Shown here piece by piece: positions 1 to 10,200 of a stretch of 64,000 bases of DNA. This stretch comes from Planctomycetota bacterium (GTDB taxonomy: Bacteria > Planctomycetota > SZUA-567 > H5-PLA8). The notes under the pieces were generated by a model. It was given only the letters and a program-made list of their open reading frames with translations. It did not search any database and was not told the DNA's origin. A program made the position numbers and the translations under genes. Every line of letters begins with the position of its first letter. The first letter of the stretch is position 1. The stretch lies in assembly GCA_038227875.1 (NCBI GenBank), contig JBBRPR010000013.1, positions 1-64,000 on the forward strand, in the 5' to 3' direction.

Positions 1-181
1 CCCCGCCACAACCTTCCGCACCACTCCACGCAACCAGACTCGAAACGTGTCTCCCGCTGCCTGCGGCCCCATCCTGCCAACCTCTTCCACTATTTCGTCA
101 CTTTCCATTTTCATCGCTCCCATACCTTTCTTCATCGGCACAGGACGCTCTTCAATTTTCAACAATCAGTGGGACGCTTCC
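1..181 (-). mobile_element. Probable left end of an IS256-family insertion sequence with transposase N-terminus, running off the window edge
   Basis: A minus-strand frame from ATG 108 (or 114/123) reads MESDEIVEEVGRMGPQAAGDTFRVWLRGVVRKVVAG to position 1, resembling IS256 transposase N-termini. The putative terminus GGAAGCGTCCCACTGATTGTTGAAAATT (minus strand from 181) resembles IS256-type terminal repeats. The other end is not visible. Confidence 0.55.
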
Positions 182-212
182 AGATAGACTGGAGGATGCT
201 TTTCTTCTGGAA

Positions 213-794
213 TTGGACGACGATGAATATGACGAGAATTCATTCGCCACAATCAACGGAATTAACACAGTCTTACGTCCGAAGCTCAAGCACGATACGG
301 AGCGCTGGCGAGTCATCGGTCAAATCGCAGATGCGTTTCGAAATGTTCAGCTAGAGGATGGAGTCTCCTTGCATGAGGCCGAAGTGATTGACGGGTATGG
401 TGGACCGGAAGAGCGTACGGCAGCGCGTGAGCGCGACAAAGACAAGAAATGGAAAGATGTACAAGACTCGGATATTGCAATGCACTACTCAATCTTTCCG
501 TTTCTTGATACGAAGGGATTCAGATACTACATTCCCGCCTACATGATTTGGAAATTGAAATATCATGGAGAAAAAATTAAGTCGAATACTAAGGAGTGGT
601 TAATTTATGCGCTTCTTTTGAGCGACGACCCATCGTTAGCAGAAGTTAACCGCAAGCACTTCGAGCAACTGAACATTAAGCAGTCCAGAGCGATTTGCGC
701 ATTCCTTGAATTCGAGGCCCTTATTCAATTTGGCATGAGGAAAGAGGCCAGAGAAGCACTTGAAAAATATTGGCACAGGTTCAAATCAGGGTAA
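213..794 (+). CDS. DUF6714-like hypothetical protein, possibly 5'-truncated by the IS
   Basis: Motifs LEDGVSLHEAEVIDGY and FLDTKGFRYYIPAYMIW match my recollection of DUF6714. The frame stays open upstream of the TTG into the IS end. Codon usage is AT-richer than the core. Confidence 0.6.
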   Translation: MDDDEYDENSFATINGINTVLRPKLKHDTERWRVIGQIADAFRNVQLEDGVSLHEAEVIDGYGGPEERTAARERDKDKKWKDVQDSDIAMHYSIFPFLDTKGFRYYIPAYMIWKLKYHGEKIKSNTKEWLIYALLLSDDPSLAEVNRKHFEQLNIKQSRAICAFLEFEALIQFGMRKEAREALEKYWHRFKSG

Positions 795-839
795 GCCCGC
801 AAGACTTGCTTCAGGATGCGTTCCTGTGGAAAATTCAAT

Positions 840-935
840 TGGCGGGAGCGCATCGGAATCGAACCGACCTATCCCCCTTGCGGAGGACACAACGGCTTTG
901 AAGGCCGCGAGCGTCACCAGGCGCTATCCACTCCC
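840..935 (-). tRNA. selC: tRNA-Sec (anticodon UCA)
   Basis: Minus strand reads GGGAGTGG-AT-AGCGCC-TGGT-GACGCT-C-GCGGC-CTTCAAA-GCCGT-TG-TGTCCTCC-GCAA-GGGGGATA-G-GTCGG-TTCGATT-CCGAT-GCGCTCCC-G-CCA. It has a long D stem with 4-nt loop, UCA anticodon, long variable arm, G73 and encoded CCA. Confidence 0.95.
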
Positions 936-1032
936 CTACTTCCCTGCGGCGTTGCGGTGTTGCGGTGTTCAAAGTAGTCCCGTTTTTGCGGAATGACAAG
1001 CTCGATTTAGAGCTCGACGCGTCCTGCGAATC

Positions 1033-1060
1033 CAGCATGGGGACCATGGTCCCCATGCTG
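1033..1060. repeat. Perfect 28-bp palindrome (REP-like)
   Basis: CAGCATGGGGACCATGGTCCCCATGCTG is its own reverse complement. Confidence 0.9.
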
Positions 1061-1338
1061 ACGTTTGAACACTCCACAATTTCGATACGCGTTCAAAATG
1101 GAAGTGGTGTCGCTTCGCCCGGCCAACAGGGGTTGTGTGACGCCTGCGTGTCCGGCAAGGTTGGCCCCCTTTTTTCAAGGGGGAAGAATGGGCCACTCTC
1201 GCGGGGAAAGGCGGCGACTTGGCTTTATTCACGAATTTGAGAAACGGCTATAACCGGCGCATAAGCGCACACGCGTTCAATTCTTGAACGGTCAGTCACT
1301 CAACGGTTGCCGTAAATTGTTACTGAAGGGATTAAGAA

Positions 1339-1959
1339 TTAGTTCAGTTCGGGCTCGGCGGGATCACTGAAATCACCGGGATTCAGCGATAGCCCTCCGA
1401 TACTGCTACGCACTGGCTCAGGAGCGAGGTCTTTGAGGCTTTCTCGCAACGCAAGCAAGGCCTTGTGGTAACTGGCTTTAGCTCCGCCTTCGGTGATGTC
1501 CAGCAGCGCGGCGATTTCGGAGAAACGGAGCTCGTTGTACTGCTTTAAAGCGAAAATGGCGCGCTGGCGGGGAGGCAGGGCGCGGACGGCCTCGTCGATC
1601 GCGGCCATGATTTCCGTGCCGAGAACGGATGTCTCCGGTGAGTTGGCCAGCTCCGGTTCGGGCAGGTGCGCGCGGATCTTGCGCTGCTTCTCTTCGGCTC
1701 GAATCCGTTCAAAACAGACGTTGAGCGCGGTGCGGTAAAGCCATGTGCTGAAACGGGCTTCGCCACGCCAGCGGGGCAGTTCCTCGTAGGCGCGGAGGAA
1801 GACTTCCTGAGCCACGTCGAGCGCGGATTCCTCGTTGCGGAGGATCTGCAAGCCCATGTGCACCACACGGTTCTGATGGGCTTCCAACAGCGTACCAAAC
1901 GCGACCTCATCGCCTCCTTGGAAGCGCGCAATTAAGCCTCGTTCGATGTCGTCGGTCAT
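1339..1959 (-). CDS. ECF sigma-70 factor
   Basis: Region 2 (DVAQEVFLRAY, FSTWLYRTALN) and region 4 (LPPRQRAIFALK, FSEIAALLDITEG). Start placed at MTDDIERG. Confidence 0.92.
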   Translation of the reverse strand: MTDDIERGLIARFQGGDEVAFGTLLEAHQNRVVHMGLQILRNEESALDVAQEVFLRAYEELPRWRGEARFSTWLYRTALNVCFERIRAEEKQRKIRAHLPEPELANSPETSVLGTEIMAAIDEAVRALPPRQRAIFALKQYNELRFSEIAALLDITEGGAKASYHKALLALRESLKDLAPEPVRSSIGGLSLNPGDFSDPAEPELN

Positions 1960-2067
1960 CTCTGAATCACCCAATGGACGATGACCCTCGATGCAAACCC
2001 TGTACCGCACGGCGGAAGACCGACGGCAGGTGTTTTAGCACAGCTTTGTGAGAAAGACAGAGGGAAC

Positions 2068-2209
2068 AGACGGATGGCATCGGGGATCAGGCATCAGGCA
2101 TCGGATCGGCTCTAACGCCTGCGATCCGCTGCCGAAGCGGTGCTCATTGTACGGCCTGGGAATGTTCGAATCGACCGATGTCATGCCCGATCCCCGATGC
2201 CATCCGTCT
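2068..2209. repeat. Intergenic inverted-repeat element built of 7-bp units (GGCATCG/GGGATCG type)
   Basis: Arms at 2068-2094 and 2183-2209 are reverse complements with one mismatch. Confidence 0.85.
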
Positions 2210-2428
2210 CTGTCACTAATTAACCGACGCGCCACGTTTCTCCACACTGCGGGAATCTCTGCGAAAACCACTAATTCCTGATTACAAAAGAAGTTCTGGA
2301 TTGTAAGCCCAATGCGCACTGCTTTACTGGCACTTTGAAGTTCGGCACGCTATATTCAGTTTACCTTGACCCTTGGGCCCCGAGTCCTGGGGGTCGGCTG
2401 CTCTGCTCCCCCTCTTGGAGGGTTGACC

Positions 2429-2650
2429 ATGCACTCTCTCTTTAACCGACACCCGCGCGGCCAATCGCTGCTGCGGATTATTCTGATCGTCGCGGCGGTA
2501 CTCTTCTTTGGGAACATGCTGCTGGGGATGCTGATGAAGATTGCCTTCGGCGCGATCTCGCTGGCGATCAACGTGGCGCTGTTCCTGCTGATCGTGGGCG
2601 GGATCTATTATTTCATTCGCGTCGTCTCTGGGAACACGGAAACCAAGTAG
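2429..2650 (+). CDS. Small membrane protein (about 2 TM helices)
   Basis: GGAGG RBS before ATG 2429. Hydrophobic product that ends 3 bp before the next gene. Confidence 0.7.
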   Translation: MHSLFNRHPRGQSLLRIILIVAAVLFFGNMLLGMLMKIAFGAISLAINVALFLLIVGGIYYFIRVVSGNTETK

Positions 2651-2653
2651 CGT

Positions 2654-4231
2654 ATGAGTGACCGTGCGCCGTCGGACGCACCTTCCAATTCAGCGCCGCC
2701 CACGTTGCTGGTCGTCGAAGACGACCAGGCGATGCGGCAGATGTGTATTCAACTCTTCGAACGCCGCGGCTTCCGCGCGGAAGGCGCCGGAACAGCAGCC
2801 GACGCCATCGCGCGCATCAAAGCGGCGGATCTTCCGCCGATCGAGCTGGTCCTCTCCGACATCCGCCTCGGCCGCGACAAATCTGAAAACGGAATCGAAC
2901 TGCTCCGCTCGATCAAAGCGCTGCGGCCGGAACTGCCGGTGCTGCTGATGACCGGCTACGCGACCGTACAGGACGCGGTCGAAGCGATGAAAATCGGCGC
3001 GGCCGATTACGTCACCAAGCCGTTCGAACGGACGGAGCTGATCGGCAAAGTCGAATCGCAATTGAAAGTGCGCGCGCTGGAGACGGAAGTCAAAGTGCTC
3101 CGCGATGCGCTGGAGGACCGCTACGGGATCAAGGGCTTCATCGGCATCAGCGCGGGGATGCGCGCGGTCTGTGAACGGATCGAAGCGGCCGGCCGCGCGG
3201 CGACGACGGTGCTGATCACCGGGGAAAGCGGCACGGGCAAGGAACTGGTCGCGCGCGCGATTCATTTGAAAAGCAACCGGCGGGACAAGCCATTTGTGCC
3301 GGTCAACTGCGCGGCGCTGCCGGAAAATCTGATCGAGTCGGAATTGTTCGGCCACGAAGCGGGTTCATTCACAGGTGCAGCGAAAGAAGGGCTGGGATTG
3401 TTCCGCGCGGCACATTCGGGCGTGATCTTTCTGGACGAAGTCGCCGACATGCCCAAAGACGTCCAGGCGAAGCTGCTGCGCGTGCTCCAGGACCACCGCG
3501 TCCGGCCCGTAGGATCGACCAAGGAGACTGCCGTTGACGTCCGGGTAATCGCGGCCACCAACTGGAATGTTGAAAAAGCGCGAGAAGAAGGCATTTTACG
3601 CAGTGACCTTTATTTTCGTCTGTCGGTAATACGAATCGACATTCCGCCCCTGAGAGAGCGGATGGATGATCTCCCGCTGCTGATCCGGCATTTCCTGTCG
3701 AAGCACGGCAACGCCGAACGGCGGATGCGCCGGGTGGAAACGGAAGCGCTGAACGCGATGCTTGCGTATCCGTGGCCGGGGAACGTCCGCGAGTTGGAAA
3801 GTGTGATCGAAAGCGCGTACGCGCTGGGCCACGACGAGAGCCTGACTGTGAACGATCTGCCCGCACATATTACGCATCCCACGCCTGCGGCAGGCTCGGG
3901 GTGGCGCGCGGCGCGGGAAGGTCCGGCGGCGCAGCGCGACGCGGCGGTGGTGAGTGTGCCGACGGCGACTTCAGCGCAGCCTTCAGAAATGGAAGTGCCG
4001 GCGCTTCCGGAGACTGAAACGCCAGTCGCGCAAACGGGAGCTTCAACGCTGGGCAGCGGGATTTTCAGCCTCGATGCGATCGAGAAAGACGCGCTGGTCC
4101 GCGCGCTGCAGGTCGCGGCCGGCAACAAAAGCCGCGCGGCGCAACTGCTGGGCGTCTCGCGCAAACGGCTCTACCGGATGCTCTACGATTATGGCATGGC
4201 GACACCGGAGAGCGCGGAGATCGACGGATAA
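2654..4231 (+). CDS. Sigma-54-dependent response regulator (NtrC/AtoC family)
   Basis: Receiver domain (LVVEDD, LSD), AAA+ domain (GESGTGKELVA, ESELFGH, GSFTGA, FLDEV, WPGNVRELES) and a C-terminal Fis HTH. Confidence 0.95.
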   Translation: MSDRAPSDAPSNSAPPTLLVVEDDQAMRQMCIQLFERRGFRAEGAGTAADAIARIKAADLPPIELVLSDIRLGRDKSENGIELLRSIKALRPELPVLLMTGYATVQDAVEAMKIGAADYVTKPFERTELIGKVESQLKVRALETEVKVLRDALEDRYGIKGFIGISAGMRAVCERIEAAGRAATTVLITGESGTGKELVARAIHLKSNRRDKPFVPVNCAALPENLIESELFGHEAGSFTGAAKEGLGLFRAAHSGVIFLDEVADMPKDVQAKLLRVLQDHRVRPVGSTKETAVDVRVIAATNWNVEKAREEGILRSDLYFRLSVIRIDIPPLRERMDDLPLLIRHFLSKHGNAERRMRRVETEALNAMLAYPWPGNVRELESVIESAYALGHDESLTVNDLPAHITHPTPAAGSGWRAAREGPAAQRDAAVVSVPTATSAQPSEMEVPALPETETPVAQTGASTLGSGIFSLDAIEKDALVRALQVAAGNKSRAAQLLGVSRKRLYRMLYDYGMATPESAEIDG

Positions 4232-4296
4232 AAATTGAAATTAGTTTGCGATAAGCGTGTCTCCACTTCGTACTACGACACAGAGGTCCACGAGTA

Positions 4297-7227
4297 ATGA
4301 AAACGATACGAATGGGACGTTGCTTAGTCGCTCTGCTGTGCCTCTTTTATGTCGTTGGAGGCGCCTCTGTCCTCTCCTATCGTGCCGTAGCCGGTGAGGC
4401 CGCCGGAGACGATCCCGCACTGAACAAGGAAGACGCGGAGAAGAAGAAAAAGGAGAAGGAAGAGCGCGATAAGAAGGAACCGCCGTTCAAGTGCTCGGCG
4501 TGGTGCGCGTTCAAAGACATCTCTGTTCAACTCGCGGCGCCGCGCGTCGATCCCAACGCTCCACCGTCAGACCAGACGCAGCTCCAGTCCACTCAATGGG
4601 AAGGTTTCGGCCGACGCGGGCAGTGGGCGACGGTGATTGTCGAACTCTCCAACCTGACCAAGGACGTTACCTTTAAGGGGTACGTCGCGGTGAACTTGAA
4701 CGCGGTCGGCGAAAATTCGGTCGGCCAGATCCCGTACAAAACAAACTACCGCAAGGAATTTGAAGTCGGTCCCGGCGGCGGCGTGGACACGCCCAATATT
4801 CAGCGCATCCGCTTCAGTGTGCTCTGCAAGGAAGACTGGAACGAAGCCGGCGAACAGTTGCAGATTGAAATCAACGCGGGCAGCCAGTCGAAAGTGCGCG
4901 TGGTCAATCTCAAGAACCTCGACGCGACGGGCGAACCGTTTGTGGTCGTGGTTTCGGATAACGAAGGCGCGCTGCGTTACCTGACCAATCAGAAACGCAT
5001 CAATCCCGACGACGTGGACCTCGATGCCAAAGCCAAGACGCGCCAGGTGGCGTCGGTGCGCCCCGCGGACTTTCCGACGCGCTGGCACGATCTGACGCTG
5101 GCCAACCTGATTGTGTTCGAAGGCCCGCCGAACGACAAACTCTCCGACGCGCAGTTTGATGCGCTGAAGTCGTACGTCCAGGCCGGTGGACACGTGCTGC
5201 TGATGGCCGGAGAAGATCCGTCGCGCCTGAAAGGACCGTGGGAGGAGTTGGCGGGCATCACGGTCAAAGGTTCGACCACCATTCAGAGCATCGATGAGAT
5301 TCACCCGGCGTATCAAGACCCGAGCAAGACCTGGACGCTGCCGGTGATCGACGTTCAGATCAAGGACGACGCGCGCCGCAATTCGCTGGTCAAGCGCAAC
5401 CACAAGACCGGCTGCGTCGAAATGTGCCGGCGCTTTTACGGCGCCGGATCAGTCACGTTCATCCCCTTCTCGCTCAACAATCCGGCCTTGAAACTCTGGC
5501 CCGGCCGCGAAACGGTGCCGGCACAGATCATCGACCGCGGCGCGGTCTCGACGCTGTTCGGCCAGGCCAACTCCACCGACATCGAAAATTCGCGCAACCG
5601 GCCCACGGGCTATAACTGGCGCGGCAAAAGTCAGGAAGCACAAATCGAACGCACCGGCCTGGTCAATCTGCGCAACACGCTCGACAATTCGTTCGTCAAC
5701 GACACGCCCGTGCAGATGCAGAAGCTCAACACCGTCCTCTCCTTCCTGTTGCTGTACCTGCTCTGCGCGGTGCCGGGGAATTACTTCCTCTTCGGCTGGT
5801 TCCGCCGGCGCGAAGTCGCGTGGCTGGCGATTCCAGTCTGGGCGGCGAGTTTCAGCGTGATCGCCTACGCGGTCGGTTACATGGGCCAGACGGGAAAGCT
5901 GACGGTCAACGAGCTCTCCGTAATCGAGGCCGGGCCACGCGAGGACGTGGGGATTTCGCGCACGTTCTTTGGCGTCTATGCGCCGCAGCGCGACGATTAC
6001 TCCGTGGAATTCCCCACCTTTAAACGCAACGGAGCGGAGTTCGACGTACAGGCCGCGCCGGGACATCTGGTGAATTCCAGCAGCGAGACGTCGCGCGAAG
6101 ACACGCCGGCCTTGCAGATCGTCGACACGGATCAGGGGCTGCTCGTCAATAAGCTGCTGGTGCAGCAGCGTTCCACCCGCCGCCTGGAAGTGGTCCACCG
6201 CGCGAAGCTCGGCGATGGCCTGGACGTGAAGGTGAAGCCCAACGCGGCCGACGACAAGGGCTTCGACATCGAGATTGAGAACAACACCGGTTACGAGCTG
6301 CTCAACCCGGTCTTCGTTCACGAAGGCAACGCGATTGAACTCTCCGCCACGCCGCAGATGCTACCCGGGGCGAAGAACAGCTTGTTGGGCGTGGGCTCTA
6401 CCGGCGGCATCGCGTGGAAAAACAAGGCCGACGCGTTCTTCGGCAAAGCGGTGGCATTCCTGTCGGTGCGCGGCAAGCAGTCGGATAACCGCACTCAGGC
6501 GCTGAAGGAATTTCTGCGCGACCGCGTCGATCAATTCCGCAACGGCGTCGTCTGCGCGTGGATTGAAGAAAAGCCGCTGCCGGCCAATATCTACAACAGC
6601 AGACATCAGAAAATGGAGATCGGCAAGTTCGAAGGCCTGACGCTCCTGCTGGTGCCGGTGGGCATCAAGCACGGCGGGCAGTCCTCCGCGCAGTCGCTGA
6701 AGACCGGGCCGATTCCAGTCCGCTACGCGCTCAATTATATCCAAAACGGCAGCACTGCCGCGCGCTGGCAGGCGGCCAAGCCCGCGATTCCGCTGCAGCT
6801 GGCGAAGGCCAACACACCGGAGACGCAGGGCACGAACACGTCGATCGTCACGCTGCAGTTCAGCCCACCGACGAATGCCGCGGAACTTCACAACGACGGC
6901 TGCTACCTGCGCATGCACTTCAAGCTGGCCATCTCCAGCGTGGAGGATTCCGATGCACCCATCATCAAGACGCTCAGCGGCACTCTGAGCATCTCCGTGG
7001 AAGCGCGCGCGGATAACAACTCCATGGTCTGGCAGGAACTGACCAACACCATGATCACCGGTCTGCAACCGGACAAGCCCTTCAAAGCCGATAGCATTGA
7101 TATTCCGCTGGGCGATTACAAGCTGGTCAAAGACAATACCATGCGCGTGCTGATCAAGACGGATACCACGGAAGCACCCATGGCACTGGAACTCCGCAAC
7201 CTGGACATCAGAGTGGTGGAAGAGTAG
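4297..7227 (+). CDS. Large exported/membrane accessory protein of the ABC system, with a central GATase-like domain
   Basis: N-terminal signal sequence, LKSYVQAGGHVLL flavodoxin/GATase-like segment, two TM helices (FLLLYLLCAVPGNYFL, AWLAIPVWAASFS). Directly upstream of the ABC ATPase. Confidence 0.75.
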   Translation: MKTIRMGRCLVALLCLFYVVGGASVLSYRAVAGEAAGDDPALNKEDAEKKKKEKEERDKKEPPFKCSAWCAFKDISVQLAAPRVDPNAPPSDQTQLQSTQWEGFGRRGQWATVIVELSNLTKDVTFKGYVAVNLNAVGENSVGQIPYKTNYRKEFEVGPGGGVDTPNIQRIRFSVLCKEDWNEAGEQLQIEINAGSQSKVRVVNLKNLDATGEPFVVVVSDNEGALRYLTNQKRINPDDVDLDAKAKTRQVASVRPADFPTRWHDLTLANLIVFEGPPNDKLSDAQFDALKSYVQAGGHVLLMAGEDPSRLKGPWEELAGITVKGSTTIQSIDEIHPAYQDPSKTWTLPVIDVQIKDDARRNSLVKRNHKTGCVEMCRRFYGAGSVTFIPFSLNNPALKLWPGRETVPAQIIDRGAVSTLFGQANSTDIENSRNRPTGYNWRGKSQEAQIERTGLVNLRNTLDNSFVNDTPVQMQKLNTVLSFLLLYLLCAVPGNYFLFGWFRRREVAWLAIPVWAASFSVIAYAVGYMGQTGKLTVNELSVIEAGPREDVGISRTFFGVYAPQRDDYSVEFPTFKRNGAEFDVQAAPGHLVNSSSETSREDTPALQIVDTDQGLLVNKLLVQQRSTRRLEVVHRAKLGDGLDVKVKPNAADDKGFDIEIENNTGYELLNPVFVHEGNAIELSATPQMLPGAKNSLLGVGSTGGIAWKNKADAFFGKAVAFLSVRGKQSDNRTQALKEFLRDRVDQFRNGVVCAWIEEKPLPANIYNSRHQKMEIGKFEGLTLLLVPVGIKHGGQSSAQSLKTGPIPVRYALNYIQNGSTAARWQAAKPAIPLQLAKANTPETQGTNTSIVTLQFSPPTNAAELHNDGCYLRMHFKLAISSVEDSDAPIIKTLSGTLSISVEARADNNSMVWQELTNTMITGLQPDKPFKADSIDIPLGDYKLVKDNTMRVLIKTDTTEAPMALELRNLDIRVVEE

Positions 7228-7269
7228 TCGAACGTGACGGTGATGTGAACGAACGCTAAGGATAATTGC

Positions 7270-8196
<927 letters not shown>

Positions 8197-8299
8197 GCCG
8201 CGCAAGCGCGGAGGGGTCAGGAGAGAACGCAGTTGGCAGGTACGACGGGCAGGTTGGTGGAAGTCGCAGAATTGGCACGGGCAACTTTGGGAATTATTT

Positions 8300-9994
8300 A
8301 TGGCGGAACAGGCGATCAGTACTGAGGTTCCCGAACCGAAGAAGGCTTCGCAGCCGGACGTGCGGGAAAATCTGCACTTCGCGGACCGGATCTTCCTCGC
8401 GATTGAAAATCCGGTGTTGCGCCGCGAGCTGCTGACGGCGCTGCGCTCGAACAAGGCGTTTATCCTCCACTTCTTCTTCCTGCTCGCGCTGGGATTTGTC
8501 GTCTATCGCATCTGGCCGGCCGACGACAAGGAAATCACCAGCAGCGACGTGCTGACACGACATCTCTTCCATATCTTCGGGCAGAGCCAGCTGGTGCTCG
8601 TCTCGATTCTGGCTCCGGCTTTCTCGGCCAGCTCCATGACCATCGAAAAAGAACGGCGCTGCATGGACCTGCTCCTGACGTCGCCGATCCGGCCGGGCAC
8701 GATCCTTTTCGGCAAATACTTATCCTCCGTCGTCTACATCTTCCTCCTTGTGTTATCCACCGCGCCCCTCGTCTCCGTCATCCTCTGGCTCCCGGGCCTG
8801 GGACCGACGGAAGTGATGGGACTTTACATATTGCTCATCTCCGTCGCGGCCTGCTTCGGGATGATCGGCCTGACCTGCTCGACGTTCTTCCATCGCTCGC
8901 AGTCGAGCCTCGCGATCACGTACATGATCGTGCTCCCGCTCTCGTTGCTGTTGCTGGTATTCGCGCTCGAGATCGACGGCTTCTTCCTGCTGGAAAGCGC
9001 GATCTGGCCGTCGGCGCTGCTGCTGGCGGCGACTCTGGCGATGTACCGTGCCTGCCACGCGCGTCTGCGCCGTCCGTTCGATCCGGTCTTCAAGGCCGCC
9101 GAAGAAGAAGACGTCGCGACGCAGACCGGACTGGTGCTGGTCCAGGACCGCTTCCCCGACAATCTGCTCGCCCCGCCGCGCACGACCGAACTGCTGCCCG
9201 ACGGCGTGAACCCGATCTACCAGAAGGAAATCCGCAGCGAAATCTTCGGCCGCGGCACGCTCTTCCTGCGGCTGATCATCCAGATCAGCATGTTCCTCTC
9301 CGTTGTCTTCCTGACTTTCCTGTACCTGGGCAAAGAGTATGTCTTCGTCGATTACCTGATCCTCTTCACGATGCTGATCTCGCCGGCGTTCGCGTGCAAT
9401 ACGTTCACGCAGGAACGCGAGCGCGGCACGCTGGATCTGCTGATGACGACGCTGATCCGGCCGGGCCAGATCATCACCGGAAAGTTCCTGTCGTGTCTGC
9501 GCCTCTCGATCTTCCTGACCGGCCTCGTCGGCGTGACGATGTGCTTCTATCTCTTCGTCGGCAGCGACCCGATGCTGCAGCGCATCGGCAACCTGCTGGT
9601 CTACCTCGCGATTCTGCTGATCACGATCACGTTCGAAATTGCGCTGGCGATGTTCTTCTCGCTGATCTTCCGCAGCACCGTACAGAGCATGATCGGCACG
9701 TACACGATCCTGCTGCTGCTCTTCGCCACACCGGTGGCCGCGTATCAACTCCTGAGCGCCGTGGTGGACAAGTTCAGCCGCGATCAGATTTCGTACGTGC
9801 TGTTCATGAGTCCCTTCGAAGCCGTCTATTCCGTCTCGACAAAGTTCCAAGGCTCCAGCACCACGCAGATCGAAGCCACCCCACAGCTCTGGCCGTGGTT
9901 CCTGGTCTCGTATGTGATCTTGAGCGGACTACTGATGGGCTACGTCTTCAGCGCGTTTGAGCGGCAGGCGTTGGAGAGTAATAAAGTACGGTAA
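8300..9994 (+). CDS. ABC-2 type permease with two tandem membrane domains
   Basis: Two halves, each with an NPxxxxE motif and an E(K/R)ER...DLLxT..I...GK motif. Many TM helices. Confidence 0.9.
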   Translation: MAEQAISTEVPEPKKASQPDVRENLHFADRIFLAIENPVLRRELLTALRSNKAFILHFFFLLALGFVVYRIWPADDKEITSSDVLTRHLFHIFGQSQLVLVSILAPAFSASSMTIEKERRCMDLLLTSPIRPGTILFGKYLSSVVYIFLLVLSTAPLVSVILWLPGLGPTEVMGLYILLISVAACFGMIGLTCSTFFHRSQSSLAITYMIVLPLSLLLLVFALEIDGFFLLESAIWPSALLLAATLAMYRACHARLRRPFDPVFKAAEEEDVATQTGLVLVQDRFPDNLLAPPRTTELLPDGVNPIYQKEIRSEIFGRGTLFLRLIIQISMFLSVVFLTFLYLGKEYVFVDYLILFTMLISPAFACNTFTQERERGTLDLLMTTLIRPGQIITGKFLSCLRLSIFLTGLVGVTMCFYLFVGSDPMLQRIGNLLVYLAILLITITFEIALAMFFSLIFRSTVQSMIGTYTILLLLFATPVAAYQLLSAVVDKFSRDQISYVLFMSPFEAVYSVSTKFQGSSTTQIEATPQLWPWFLVSYVILSGLLMGYVFSAFERQALESNKVR

Positions 9995-10023
9995 CGGCGT
10001 GGCGATCATTTCTGGGCAAAGAA

Positions 10024-10193
10024 ACAGATGGGATCGGGGATCGGGCATCTGGCATCGGTCAGTGGGAGCGCGCTGAGTCGCGGCAATGATCAGTATTTAA
10101 TCGTAACCGCTACAACTGCGCACTGATCTCGAAGCCGCGTACGCCCACTGACCGATGCCTGATGCCCGATGCCCGATCCCCGATGCCATTTGT
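10024..10193. repeat. Heptamer-unit inverted-repeat element between convergent genes, same family as 2068-2209
   Basis: Arms at 10024-10066 and 10144-10193 are complementary apart from one extra 7-bp unit and a few mismatches. Shares GCATCGGGGATCGGGCAT with the 2-kb element. Confidence 0.85.
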
Positions 10194-10200
10194 CCGGCCG

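Noticed and set aside
183..290. Weak resemblance of LELDDDEYDENSFATINGINTVL to HesB/IscA-like proteins near selC
   Set aside because: Too short, and no Cys or Sec motif is visible.
940..1260. Short ORFs and a possible ncRNA between selC and the sigma gene
   Set aside because: No protein motifs. Only a short CCCCCTT/AAGGGGG hairpin, with no SRP, 6S or riboswitch signature I can support.
2326..2360. Possible sigma-54 promoter (GGCAC motifs)
   Set aside because: The -12 GC is not at the GG-N10-GC spacing.
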